A stretch of 62,949 nt of DNA, filler included, from Octopus bimaculoides (GCF_001194135.2; 6 parts of 5 records of this genome joined end to end with filler, not necessarily neighbours in it), one strand, 5' to 3'. Shown: positions 39,985-53,286, counted from the first letter of the whole stretch. Notes: generated from the sequence alone by a model not told the origin. Numbers and translations are program-made.

Positions 39985-40365
39985 GTGGAAGCACAATGGC
40001 CCAGTGTTTAGGGCAGCGGACTCGCAGTCGTAGGATCGTTGTTTCGATTTCCAGACCGGGCGTTGTGAGTGTTTATTGAGCGAAAACACCTAAAGCTCCA
40101 CAAGGCTCCGGCAGGGGATGGCGGCAAACCTTACTGTACTCTTTCACCACAACTTTCTCTCACTCTTTCTTCCTGTTTCTGTTGTACATGTATTTCAAAG
40201 GGTCAGCCTTGTCACGGTCTGTGATACGCTGAATCTCCCCGAGAACTACGTTAAGAGTACACGTGTCTGTAGATTTCTCAGCCACTTGCACGTTAATTTC
40301 ACGAGCAGGTTGTTCCATTGATCGGATCAACTGGAACCCTCTTCGTCCTAACCGACGGAGTGAGT
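39985..40365 (+). mobile_element. tRNA-derived SINE, further family
   Basis: TGGCCCAGTGTTTAGGG (A box)..GTTTCGATTTCC (B box). The tail TCAACTGGAACCCTC..TAACCGACGGAGTG also occurs alone at 16078-16122 (-). Confidence 0.7.
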
Positions 40366-40599
40366 GATATTTGGCCAAATCTTACATGTTGCTAGAATAC
40401 AGCAAAATCTGTCGGCTCCATGTTCATGATAAGCTGTCATAAGAGACCTCATTGCTGTAATTCTGGAGAGAAACTAAATGTTGTAGGAATCCATCTATAT
40501 GTATTTGTTCATATCCCACAATGTAATTTGAATTGAATATGTTTATCAATGATTATAGGTAAATTACTAAGGACTAATAAAATCATATTATTCATTTCT

Positions 40600-40806
40600 A
40601 CCCCAGCACAAGGCCCGAAATTTTGGGGGAGTGGGCCAGTCGATTACATCGACCCCAGTACGCAACTGGTACTTAATTCATCGAACCCCGAAAGAATGTA
40701 AGGCAAAGTCAACTTCGGCAGAATTTGAAATCAGAATATAAATACAGACGAGATACCGCTAAGCATTTCTACCGGCGTGCTAACGATTCTGCCAGCTCGC
40801 CGCCTT
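40600..40806 (-). mobile_element. SINE family A, full length
   Basis: GCACAAGGCCCGAAATTTTGGGGG...TCTGCCAGCTCGCCGCCT. Further copies at 29555-29680, 45292-45460, 47228-47345, 57380-57560 and 58920-59130. Confidence 0.85.
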
Positions 40807-41339
40807 AATAAAGGCATGTTATTACCCAAACAATGTAGAGCAAGTAAAAGGTATAAAGTATCTGCAATATCACTCGATAATTTTAATAGTTTCTTGCTTT
40901 ATATAAAACCTAAAATGTCTTTGTCAGTTGATTATGCAATCCATAATAACATATATTTTTAATAAGACAAAAAATCAGTGTCAGCTATATTCGAAATTTT
41001 AGTACAGTATTATTTATGACAGGAGCAAGGTCATAACTACTCAAAGGCACAAGAAAAAGCAAATTTCAAATCACAAATGACATTGGTGACTGCACGCGTA
41101 TATGAATATATTTGTGTGTATGTGTGTATGTAAAATCCTGGTCATCCTATCAAACGATGGTCTTTGATCTTCGTATTTAGATTCAAACAAATTTCAAAAG
41201 TGCTTTTTGTTCATTTGTAATGGCTTTTATCTATTAAAATGTTCTTTGATAGTCCACCCTTATTGACGCACGACAGTGTGCTCTATTTCACATGTTATTT
41301 TTATTAGTATGTCTCTTCATACATCAAGCCAATATTCCT

Positions 41340-41700
41340 GCGTGTACCATTATGTGTAAAATCGCTGAAAACCGTCCTTTAGGTCTGTTTTGAAACTTGC
41401 CGGGCATGGAAGAAGAAGCAGTGTTCAAGGACGTCTAGGTCTCTGGAGATATTCAGGCTGATGCTGTTAATATTCTATTGAAACTTATGCAAGTAGATTC
41501 TTACAAGTAAAAGCGGAGCAGGATATACCAGGGGGATCGACGTTCCGTGGAAGATGATTATGATATTCGGATAGTGTGGAGTTTTTCGTGGTTGGGCACA
41601 AGAAGGGTGATGTTAGGATTTGAGGTGAGGGATTCGGGATTAATATTGTGGAAGTGGTACAGGAAGGTACACTATTATATTCGTGGTAGAAAACGCAGCT
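41340..41700 (-). mobile_element. Possible Penelope thumb fragment, highly decayed
   Basis: YHNHLPRNV..GISCSAFTCKNL resembles the PLE thumb motif YxSxHPxxxxxGIPYSQFxRxxRIC; broken frames. Confidence 0.35.
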
Positions 41701-44149
41701 AATGACAACAATAAACATGTAGGAAAGAGGCTGCAGTTAGTATATATAAGAGATAGTGTGCCTATAATTTTCATTCGACGTATGTGAAAAAAAATAATAT
41801 AAAATTGTCTCTCTTTTTTAATAAAAGACTGTTTAATTTCTATGATGTATTGTGAAATAAAGCTACATAACAATGCATTACGTAGATTAAATATATTCTT
41901 TTACTATTAAAAAAAAAAGTTAGAAAAACTAAATTAACTAACTTATCATCAAACAATTCCATGAACAATTTCGCAACTGAAGAACTCATAGAATAGAAAT
42001 GAGATGGTCGGGTGAGAGTAAAAAAAAACAAACTTTTGAAACGTTTGAATTTCTATATTAGATTTATTTAATGAAACCACATATCATGTAATGATTACTA
42101 GTGCGACCTTTGAAAGAACTTGGGAAAAGTATAATTCTGTAAAGCAGTTGGAGTAAATATCAAATCGTTTGGGGGGATTCAATTTATTACGCTATTATGA
42201 TTCCTGAACCAATTTCAAAAGGATGCGTTGAAGAATCCAAAATCATGAATTTTAATATCAGTATCATGATGTACAATTTAATATATATTTGATGAAAATA
42301 TATCAAAGCCTATTTATGGAATATCATAGATTTCATCTCGCCTGCTTTAGATTGAATAGTCGTTGTTGAAAACTCCAGAAATATTCCCTCAGCTTATAGA
42401 AAAATGGGGACTATTCAAGCCTTTCTAACTGATCAATATCTGAGAAATATTCTTTGATTCATGCCCCATTCTGAATTATTTAATAATGATCATGGTTCTC
42501 CGATATTGTTTTAAATTATTATATTGATTTTAAAGTATAATAAATACTTTAGGTTTCGTTATTCCGTAATCTAATATTTCAATGAAATAATAAAAAAAAT
42601 TATATTGGATTTCTTTGAATATCCATATTATCGTTGTTAATGGATTGAAAAAAAGTTATTGAAAGATATAACTTCGTATATCTATCACTAATCTGAAATT
42701 GAAATTCACGCATTTTCCCTTTATGAAGAAAACTTAAAACTGGTTCTCTCAGATGAAAATCTCGCTTAGAGAAACCAACCACATCCCCTAAAATTAAACT
42801 CTGGGTATCAATTTTTCAAAGATTATTATTAACATGCACTTGCGAAGTTCCGTTTGAAAACCTTGGTGATGATTAATAAAAGGTACTGAATATTCTGTAG
42901 ATTCTGTTTTGATGTTCGAACATTTCGAGAAAAGATATTCAGTCAAGCATAGAAGTATCTTTATCTTTATTTCTCATTATCATTTTTTTTTGTCCACCCT
43001 ATTTTACATTTAATAGGGTAGGAAATATTTGATATCAAGAAATAATCTCCTAATGCCGTCGGTATTTCTACATGAAATGTAGACAAAAATTAATTTCATT
43101 ATGTCAGAAATATTAATAATATATTTATGATTGTGATGATTTCAGCGTATATTGAGTATAGGCATTACGAAAATAATATCTGTCTGTTGATTTCACATTC
43201 TGTTCTGTGGGTTCTTCTCGAGCTTAAACCGACAGTATTTCCAACTGTGAGCCGAACTCACGACAGAATCATCATCGAATGAAGAATATGAATGAATATT
43301 TTATTGAACCAACTAAACATTTCAGATGTTCACAAAGAAAATAATCATTCTGTTTGAAACCTCCTCATAATGTATTAAACCTCATCAATAGAAATCTCTA
43401 GCTTTGTGTTTGACACAATCGTGAATTTTCTAAAGGATGCAATAAATTATACACGACATTCGATTTTAGAAGTCGTCGCATATAAATGAATTAATCTGTC
43501 GAGTACAACCTCAAACTAGGATCAGCTAACACTGTGTGTCTAACAAGCATGGAAGGTTAACATCAGAATACCAAATCAATAAAAATATGGACACTCAGGT
43601 CGTATGGAAAAGACACAATAAAAGATCCGTTATGCATATCGGTTGACCTGCAAAAATGAAACAAAGGAAAGAACCACTCAAATCATCTCAAAAGCAAACC
43701 GATGCGTTTTCTGAAAATCCAATAATAGATACACGGAAAGATCGGATAAATACAACACCTTGAAACAAATGTCTGCTTGATTAAGTCTCAGATGAGGTTA
43801 AATAGCAAACTGCAATAATCATTGTGGATGAAGGAAATATGGCTGACGTGTTTTATATAAATTCGAAATATTCTTAATATGTTTAACATTAGCTTTTAAT
43901 TACTTCAGTATTTTACTTATTCTCCTTCACTGTTATTACTTAGCCTTAAGAAGTTAGGAAATTTTCCCTATTATATGATGTGAAACAACAGTAGTGTTCA
44001 CTGTTCCAAATGGACATATATATATATATATATATAAATTTTACCATTTTAAATTTTACCATTAAGCTGTAATTAGCAGAACCATATGCACGCGCACCCA
44101 TGGCGGTGGGCAACTCTGTATACGATTCTGATGATTGCGGTTACATTAC

Positions 44150-44214
44150 AAATCAGGCTGAAGAGGAATAGACAAATGGTAAGAATTTGTTAAATCCGAA
44201 ACCGGTTCCTGTTT
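44150..44214 (+). ncRNA. Type I hammerhead ribozyme motif, intact core
   Basis: CAGG-CTGAAGA-[GGA..GACAAAT/ATTTGTT..TCC]-GAAA-C-CG-GT-T-CCTG. Stem I CAGG/CCTG, palindromic stem III ACCGGT, cleavage triplet GUU. Confidence 0.8.
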
Positions 44215-44640
44215 AAGAATGCTTTTTTAGGTGATTTTAAATGTCTTGCCCGCTCACGTTTTGGTATACTGCTATATTTCATGTTGAGAACAATTTAGGT
44301 CTTAATAGACACAAGATGTGATCTATTTCTAGCGCATTAATTGTCCACGTTAGTGGTCGACGTTATTTNNNNNNNNNNNNNNNNNNNNNNNNNNNNNNNN
44401 NNNNNNNNNNNNNNNNNNNNNNNNNNNNNNNNNNNNNNNNNNNNNNNNNNNNNNNNNNNNNNNNNNNNNNNNNNNNNNNNNNNNNNNNNNNNNNNNNNNN
44501 NNNNNNNNNNNNNNNNNNNNNNNNNNNNNNNNNNNNNNNNNNNNNNNNNNNNNNNNNNNNNNNNNNNNNNNNNNNNNNNNNNNNNNNNNNNNNNNNNNNN
44601 NNNNNNNNNNNNNNNNNNNNNNNNNNNNNNNNNNNNNNNN

Positions 44641-44695
<55 letters not shown>

Positions 44696-45535
44696 CATTA
44701 TAGGTTTTGCAAATGATGCTGATAAATATAAGCTAAAACTGGTTCCGATGCGTAGTTTAAGATGAAAACCCGTGCTGGAAATCAGTTGAAATGTAAACGA
44801 AAATGACTTAATTGAAAAGTGTTAGTTAACAATCTTTAGTTTCATACAAATTAGTTAATTCAAAAAACAGACAAGCATCTTCGATGCTAACTCGGTTAAC
44901 AAAGATCTATAGCTGTATGTTGTCTTTTCAGGCGCCTGTAATTAATATTTCCAAGCAATGTGAACGTAAATTAAAACGCTTACGCAGTAAAGCGATACGA
45001 AATCGTCTGTCCCACCTCGAGAAATGTTTATTGTTCTCTGTCTGGAACTAAGATTTATCTATATAGATTTTGAGTAAAATTTCCCATGTCATTTTAATGC
45101 AACTATCACAAAAGCAATTAACTATGATTTAGAGACGGTCGATAACATTTTTTCTCCAAATTCTGTGAAAGACGGAGCTAGAAGAAAATGGCAGCTTCAT
45201 AACCCATTCCATTCTCCCCCAAGTGGAAGAGTGGCGTTATTTCTGAAAGAGGAGACCAAGTTCAAATGTGTGAATATATTGATTTCAAATTCTGGCACAA
45301 GGCCAGCATTTCTGGACTAGGGCTGGGTAATTCCCTTACGTTGACTGAATGCTCAACTGGTAAACAGTTTACCGACCCCGAAATGATAAAAGTCAAAGCC
45401 GACCTCGTCTCAATTTGACTTTAAGTATTTTGCTTGGCGTGTTAAAGATTCTACGCGGATCTGAAAGGTGTGTATATATTGAACTAATATATTACTGCAA
45501 TCCTATCGCAAACTACTCAATGTGCGTGTATGTGT

Positions 45536-45650
<115 letters not shown>

Positions 45651-45964
45651 TGAGGAAACTTACCGAATACGGTCAGAGACTATCTCTACTGTTTCTACCA
45701 GTTTTGTATTATTTTACAAAATTGAATTAAATGAATTCAAATGCTTGACTATTTCTTTGAATACCTCAGTATTTTAACCGATCTCTACTGATGCAAAAAT
45801 AAGCCACCAACTGCCAGTTTGTATTTTTCGAACAAGATATTCACACAACCACAACTCCAGCCGCTGGAATTTTGGTAGATTACCAATTGGAACAGTCAGA
45901 ACACATACCCATTATTTTGGATAAATTGGCTTAAACTATTCATATTTATATATATATATATATA

Positions 45965-46154
45965 TTGGGTCGGCAACTAAGTTCCCGCCGTTCTTTTAAA
46001 TTTTGGAATTTATTGCATTTTTAAATTTTGAAATCTATTTTTTCGAGAATTCTATTTTTGAAGCATCTTGTAATCTTTTTTTCCGAGTTAATTTTAGTTA
46101 AATTTTGTTTATTTTCTGATCATTAATATGGAATGTCAAGTTAAGAAAAACGAC
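45965..46154 (+). mobile_element. Mariner left end: TIR plus start of the transposase
   Basis: TA|TTGGGTCGGCAACTAAGTTCCCGCC (mariner-type TIR). The ATG at 46128 gives MECQVKKN, then the element is truncated. Confidence 0.7.
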
Positions 46155-46736
46155 TCTTCAAACACAATACGACTCTACAAACACAATACTCATTCACATT
46201 TAAAATACATCAAAAATATATGAAAACCGTGTAAACTGTGTACATTTTTCTTCTTTTATGATATATACATATATATTCAAAAAGAAACTAAGAACCCAAG
46301 CAGTTACCTCATTCCCCACTGCTACAAGAGGAAGTATGGAAAGGAACAATGCTTCAATAGAATCTTGTTTTTAAAAACATAGTTACCAGAAAGTGTAGGC
46401 TTCACTTTAATAAACTATTCTAAAAATTGTGTTTACTCAATATTATAAATACTATAGAAGTATATAATACAAGTATAAATGTACACACGTGTATATCATG
46501 CCGACTGAATTTCTATTCTCACTCTTAATGTTCATCTTGACTTTCGTTGTAGGAAGGTAAACCTGATTTCTCTTTAATATCATAGCTTCTAAATTTGATA
46601 TATTAGCATATTTGCTCGGTCTTAAATATCCTTTGGTTCACACTCTCTTCCATTTTAAGCCTGGGGAATATTACATTTTACTGTATACGTTGAATAGTCA
46701 TTTCTGCAATGGTTATTATATATATATGTAGTGGTA

Positions 46737-46801
<65 letters not shown>

Positions 46802-48126
46802 GTGGATTTTTATATATTGGTATGTGATTAGATGTGTGAACCACTATGTGTATATGTACGTGTGTGTGCTTTTGGCCATATGCAAAGACAATCTGATTGT
46901 TTGTGCAAGACGACACATTTGTAAGAAATTAGTTTTGTAGAGCGAAATATATCCATTTCCTCACTAATGTTTTCTTTACTCCAGGAATGAGAAAAACAAA
47001 GAAACCATCAGAGCAATTTGGAATCACTGAATGCTTGTATTTTAACATAGAATGGCGTTTTACTTATGCATAAAAAGAAAGTTCTATGTATATGTGTAAT
47101 AAGAATATTCTGCTGTATGATATTAATATATAGAGATATAGGATTTGTGTAAGGAATGAGAAAAAAGTCATTAGTTTTTTAAAGACTTGTTAACATTCCT
47201 ACATTAACTTTTATAGTCGTATATATTTCTGTAACATAATAGCAGTGCTGTGAGCTGGCAGAATTGTTGTACGCCGGAAAGAGGGCTTATGGGCATTTTG
47301 TCCGTCTTTACGTTCAAATCCTAACGAGGTCGACTTTGCCATTCTTGTGTCAAGATGTGAAACCAATACAATAGAGTATGATATTCCTAGCTTTTCTGTT
47401 ATTTAACTGGTGACGTATCACAAAGTGTTAACACGCGTCGCTACTAAAAGAAATGTACCAATCACGGCCTAATTGGGATTGGTTAATTTTGGTTCGGTTG
47501 CAGTCGCACATATATTAAACGATACAGTAATTATCAATAACTGTCCAGAGTAATTCAATTATTAGTGTAGACTTGCCAGGTCGGCTTCCAAATAATTAAT
47601 TTATTTACAGGCTTTATGGCTTATAAGTCAATTATATTGGAGCAAAATGCCAAATCTTTACTACAGAACGGTTTGTTCTGGATAACGATTGATATATAAA
47701 CAACGAGATTTGGAGAAAATATTACAGTCTAAGAAAACGAATGCTGAAAGAATCCAAGTAAGTTGCAATAATGAAAACATAATACCTAGGTGTAATAATC
47801 CACAAGTTTGAAAGATAAAATACTTGTGAAAAATACATACATACAAACACACACACATAATTTACTTATTGAATTTATTTATCGACACGGTTGTACACAA
47901 GATAAATGTGTTTGAAATTGTGGTTTCTTTGGTTTATTTGTTCCCAAACAACACTTATTTTAGTGCTGTTGACACCGCCGGATTGAATGGTACTGACCAC
48001 GTATATCCGTGGGGCAGCTGATGATGGAGGCATGTTGGATTGCTGGATTGTTGGTATGGCTGTGGAATATTATTATAACACACCCTTTTGATACATACAT
48101 AGATACATACATACATACAAACATAC

Positions 48127-48161
<35 letters not shown>

Positions 48162-48205
48162 NNNNNNNNNNNNNNNNNNNNNNNNNNNNNNNNNNNNNNN
48201 NNNNN

Positions 48206-48217
48206 TTAATTAATTAA
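48206..48217. other. Assembly spacer TTAATTAATTAA embedded in N runs
   Basis: The identical 12-mer, which has stops in all six frames, sits inside gaps at 15871, 35044, 48206, 50597 and 55663. Confidence 0.9.
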
Positions 48218-48261
48218 NNNNNNNNNNNNNNNNNNNNNNNNNNNNNNNNNNNNNNNNNNNN

Positions 48262-48654
48262 GTGGGTCAATAAAACACAAACGAAACAGTTATAGTTCCC
48301 ATGGTCCATCGCTGATATATCCGTAAAGATTTGTTTCATGCTTTTCACTGATAAATTCTTGCGGTTAATCACATTAAAACGCAATGTCTTCAATGTATTT
48401 TCAATTGCTGATGCATCTCTGTGGGATCCCTGTCGTTTAGACATTTTAGTCGATTCGTCGAAACTTTCATTGTCGATTATTAGAGCCAGGTTCTTTTTAT
48501 TACGATCCATGTTATATCTGGTATTTACGGATTCGGTGCTGTTCTCAACAGACGTCATTTTAACATCTTCCAGTTGTGAATCGGGATTTCTCTCTTTAAA
48601 AAAAATACCTTCAACGCTTTGTGCATCTGTGTAGTCCATGGTTGATCGGAACAT
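48262..48654 (-). CDS. Effector caspase (caspase-3/-7-like): short prodomain plus N-terminal p20, partial (runs into an N gap)
   Basis: Translation MFRSTMDYTDAQSV...RYNMDRNKKNLALIIDNESFDESTKMSKRQGSHRDA...FNVINRKNLSVKSM...DHGNYNCFVCVLLTH matches the caspase p20 pattern (YxM, LALIIxN, R-x-G-[ST]-x-x-D S1 arginine, C-F-V-C-x-x-L-[TS]-H catalytic His). A splice acceptor (CTTTATAG) lies directly before the ATG. QACRG is not visible because sequence stops at the gap. Confidence 0.93.
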
Positions 48655-49414
48655 CTATAAAGCAGCCGAAATGAGGCAGTAAAGCTTCAAACCGTCAACT
48701 GATATGGAAGTTGAGAAACGGGGGGAAAAAAAACGATAAATTTCTCGGTTTTTCCCTTAGTTCAGCTCAGAAAATTAAACCCTGACGGTGCGGATAACAG
48801 AAACGATTATTGAATTGGCATTAGTTTATATAGGTTAATGATTAATAGAGTAAAAGTTACACTTTTGATAAACGTACTCCTGGGTTTAATCGATATTTAG
48901 CGGCTGATATTAGTTGATAATTTACAAAATATGCCAAAATAACTTGATAATAAAAAAAAGATAGTCCGCTGAACGTCAATTTCACTGACTATGGATGTGA
49001 TTTTACAATAGTCACTAAACACAAGACAACTTCTGCGTCTTATTTATTTCATATATTGTGTGAATATTATCATGTTATTTGTAAGAGATGTTACACTTCG
49101 AAATTACTGGTTATAAATGAACCAATGGGAAAATAACTACGGTTAGGACGACGACGATGACAGAAACGTTTTCTTTGTAATTTACGCGGAAGAAATGCAA
49201 CAAATATTTTTCTTACACAACGACATACTTTTATTGCGAGATTTTTGCTCAATGCGAATGTACATTTAAACACGAACACACACACACTCACACATGCACA
49301 GTCACGCACACACGCGCGCACGCACGCACACATACACTCACAGACATACACGACCCCCCCACACGCATACATACATACTTACGTACATACCTATATACGA
49401 ACTTACATGCTTTG

Positions 49415-49461
<47 letters not shown>

Positions 49462-50652
49462 TATATACATCCTCCATCATATTTCATTCTGTGCTATTAT
49501 ATTTGCGTTTGGGCTTCTGTAGTATGTGAATGAATAATTGAATTAGTTGTGCTTCCTCGGGCCATATATAAATATTGTCCCCGTAAATTGAAATTCTCGG
49601 CTTCAAGAGCAACTTATCTGTCTGCCATAGCCTGGAGTTGGTAGTAGCCATTGAGTGTATCAAGTGACGTGTTGTGGCTGAAGGTCCGTTGTTTAACTGC
49701 TTTGAATATTTATATACCGGCCGAGGAAACACAACCGAATCTCATGATACAGGAAAACGCTTGCATAGAAACAATTGTAGTGATTGCAAATAAATGTCCA
49801 ACCGTATTCCTTCTTGCTGACTCCAACTTATTGNNNNNNNNNNNNNNNNNNNNNNNNNNNNNNNNNNNNNNNNNNNNNNNNNNNNNNNNNNNNNNNNNNN
49901 NNNNNNNNNNNNNNNNNNNNNNNNNNNNNNNNNNNNNNNNNNNNNNNNNATATATATACATATATATATATATATATATGAGTAACAAAAAGGGAGAAAT
50001 TTCGATTATCCTCACGTGGCGAGTTGTAATATAAACAAGAAATTAAAGAACCAAAATGCAAAACACTTTACATAGATTTAATATAATTTTTAATATATTT
50101 TATATTGTGTTGCTCGACCGGTTTCACTTTCACTAATCATGACATTAAAATGTATTTAAATACGTATTTTCTTAAGAAAAAGATTTTTTGCTCATGTTGT
50201 GTATGGAGTTTATGAATGGTTCAAAAAGTAGGAAAATCTAAGGGGAGCTAATTCGTTATCGTTATTATTGTGGACAGAGGGAATATTGTTCATCTTTCGG
50301 TGGTTGTTGGATATATATATACATATATATTTAATAATAATAATAGGGATAAAAATCCAAAATTACAGTTAAAAACTCAATTAAAATCAATTTATAAAAC
50401 TTAAAATTAAATTAAGTTTCACAGTATTAGATATTAATAGGTATTAAATATCCTTTAATTATTAAAGAAATTAAAGAAGTATGAGTTCATGAACCTTGGT
50501 TCTTTTCCGTAAAACTATATATATATAAGCAATGTTAATTCTCTAAATGAAGNNNNNNNNNNNNNNNNNNNNNNNNNNNNNNNNNNNNNNNNNNNNTTAA
50601 TTAATTAANNNNNNNNNNNNNNNNNNNNNNNNNNNNNNNNNNNNNNNNNNNN

Positions 50653-50696
<44 letters not shown>

Positions 50697-50911
50697 CACA
50701 GACTACAGGTAAGTGCAATATGTCTCTCCCCCCCCTCTTTCTCTCTCTCTCTCTGTATATATGTGTGAGTGTGTGTGTGCGTGAGAAAAAGAGTGTATGT
50801 GTGTGATGTGTGCTCATATATATATATATATATATCTGCATGCACACATATTGCACTTAATTGTTGCCTGTATATATGTATGTGAATGTATGTATGTATA
50901 TACATATATAC

Positions 50912-50977
<66 letters not shown>

Positions 50978-51255
50978 NNNNNNNNNNNNNNNNNNNNNNN
51001 NNNNNNNNNNNNNNNNNNNNNNNNNNNNNNNNNNNNNNNNNNNNNNNNNNNNNNNNNNNNNNNNNNNNNNNNNNNNNNNNNNNNNNNNNNNNNNNNNNNN
51101 NNNNNNNNNNNNNNNNNNNNNNNNNNNNNNNNNNNNNNNNNNNNNNNNNNNNNNNNNNNNNNNNNNNNNNNNNNNNNNNNNNNNNNNNNNNNNNNNNNNN
51201 NNNNNNNNNNNNNNNNNNNNNNNNNNNNNNNNNNNNNNNNNNNNNNNNNNNNNNN

Positions 51256-51321
<66 letters not shown>

Positions 51322-51595
51322 GGTTGAAGTTCAAAAGATAGTGCTCATGGGAACTGCCCATATCCTACGTAAAATACTGTCTATGTGATCTCAAATTTTA
51401 AAGCAAACACATAATTTTCTTATGGTTTCTTAAACATTCTCTAGAACAACACTATGTACAAATCCAAATATATGGTACCCTAGGTATAACACCTACATGA
51501 ACTTCTAACTTGTTGTCTTTTGAGGTCTCTGGGTGAGACTTGGATCCAACTTGTGCAAATGCAAAGCAAAAGTCAAACATAAAAAAATAATAATA
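51322..51595 (+). mobile_element. Extreme 3' end of a Dong/R4-like RLE LINE within a (TAA)n repeat
   Basis: VEVQKIVLMGTAHILRKILSM* is a typical R4/Dong C-terminus. About 200 nt of 3'UTR ends in AAAATAATAATAA, and the 5' junction is directly on (TAA)n. Confidence 0.8.
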
Positions 51596-51758
51596 AAGTG
51601 GAGGAAATTATTGCCCATATAACGAATGCCCTAGTGTTGCCCAAAGCCACTACGAGTTGTGGTGACAGGATGAAGTGGTGAAAATGCTGCAATGGAAACT
51701 GTGCGAAAAGTAGGGACTAGAGAGAGGCAAGACCTTGTAAGAGCACAAACTGTAGAGT

Positions 51759-51790
<32 letters not shown>

Positions 51791-52165
51791 GAGAGAGAGA
51801 CAGAAAGAGAAAGAGAGAGAGGAAGAGAGAGAGAGGGAGACGCAGATAGACAGAAAGAGGGAAAAGTGGGCGAAAGTTACGTGAATGTATTAGAGAACAC
51901 GGATAAGCGAAATGAAATGGCACAAGATTATGACACCGAAAAGAACAGAAATGGTTGACATGACTATGTTGACACAGCGGCAGCAGCAGCAGCAGACGAT
52001 AGCGTACGTAGAGCGGCGGACAACTACTGCTGCCATCTACATAGGACCACTATCATCACCACCAGCACAAACACCACCACCACCAACAACAACACCATCA
52101 ACGCAAACACTGGCGCCACTGCATCGCTTCGCCTAATATTGCTGCTGTTGTTGATGCTGCTACTG

Positions 52166-52229
<64 letters not shown>

Positions 52230-52635
52230 CATTTCTACTGTGTTTCTGTGCAAATAAAGATCAATGAGAGAATGTGAATTCAGACCAAAAAGACCTACTT
52301 CTGCTGGTTGTAACATGCAGAGTTTGGCCTAGAATTCTTGGTGATACACACATACACATATACACACGTACGCACACGCGCGCTTACGTACATACATACA
52401 TACACATATACGCGTGCCTGTGCGTGTATCTGTGTGTGTGTGTGTGTGTATTTGAGTATGTATCTCTAGGTACGCACGTGGCTATGTAGTAAAAAGTTAG
52501 TTTCCCCAACTGCATGGCTCCGGGTTCAGCCCCACTGCATGGATTCTTGAGCGTCTTCTACAAGAGCCCCGGGCCACCCAAAGCCTTGTGAGTGGATAGA
52601 CGGAAACTGAAAGAAACCCATCATGTGTATGTATG

Positions 52636-52666
<31 letters not shown>

Positions 52667-52879
52667 NNNNNNNNNNNNNNNNNNNNNNNNNNNNNNNNNN
52701 NNNNNNNNNNNNNNNNNNNNNNNNNNNNNNNNNNNNNNNNNNNNNNNNNNNNNNNNNNNNNNNNNNNNNNNNNNNNNNNNNTATACATATATACATACAT
52801 ACAAACGTACAAACATACATACATACATGCACACAAACGTACATACAAACAAATGTACGTACATACATGCAACGTTTTA

Positions 52880-53212
52880 TTAATGCCATGACAAAGAAAA
52901 ATGTCATGGCGATACCTGCCAAGAGACCAACGCAGAAAGTGTATGAAGAGGAGTGTATGAACAGCACACAGATATACGACTGGTTCAGACGTTTCCAAGA
53001 TGGCCGAAAAATGTGGATATTGACTAACGTTCTGGGAGACCTGCAACCAGTAGAACTGAGACAAACATCGCAGATGTGAGAGGAAATCATTGAATCACCA
53101 TCCGTGAGTTATCAGAGGATGTGCAGATTAGTTACGGTTTAGTTCAATCCATTATCACTGGTGATTTGGGTATGAGACGCATGTCTGCCAAGTTTGTGCC
53201 AATACTGCTTTC
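52880..53212 (+). mobile_element. Mariner transposase N-terminal HTH fragment
   Basis: QKVYEEECMNSTQIYDWFRRFQDGR ... SEDVQISYGLVQSIITGDLGMRRMSAKFVP (mariner WVP-like motif). Confidence 0.85.
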
Positions 53213-53286
53213 ATAATATATTTTGTAAGCACATAAATGTGAAACAAGATGGGAAAAATAGTACTCGAATACCGGAGGTAGAGTAA

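Noticed and set aside
39985-40070. tRNA-like A/B boxes here and at 15200-15280 and 56975-57040
   Set aside because: No full cloverleaf, and they continue into SINE bodies, so they are SINE heads rather than tRNA genes.
47880-48075. LGTNKPKKPQFQTHLSCVQPCR* and CPTDIRGQ downstream of the caspase, superficially like KPK...QACRG
   Set aside because: KPK-to-QxCR spacing is wrong (12 versus 4 residues), a stop follows, and there is no convincing splice context. Probably chance.
50113-50150. GAAACCGGTC with an upstream ATGA on the minus strand
   Set aside because: The core is partly deleted and stem II does not pair; too decayed to call.
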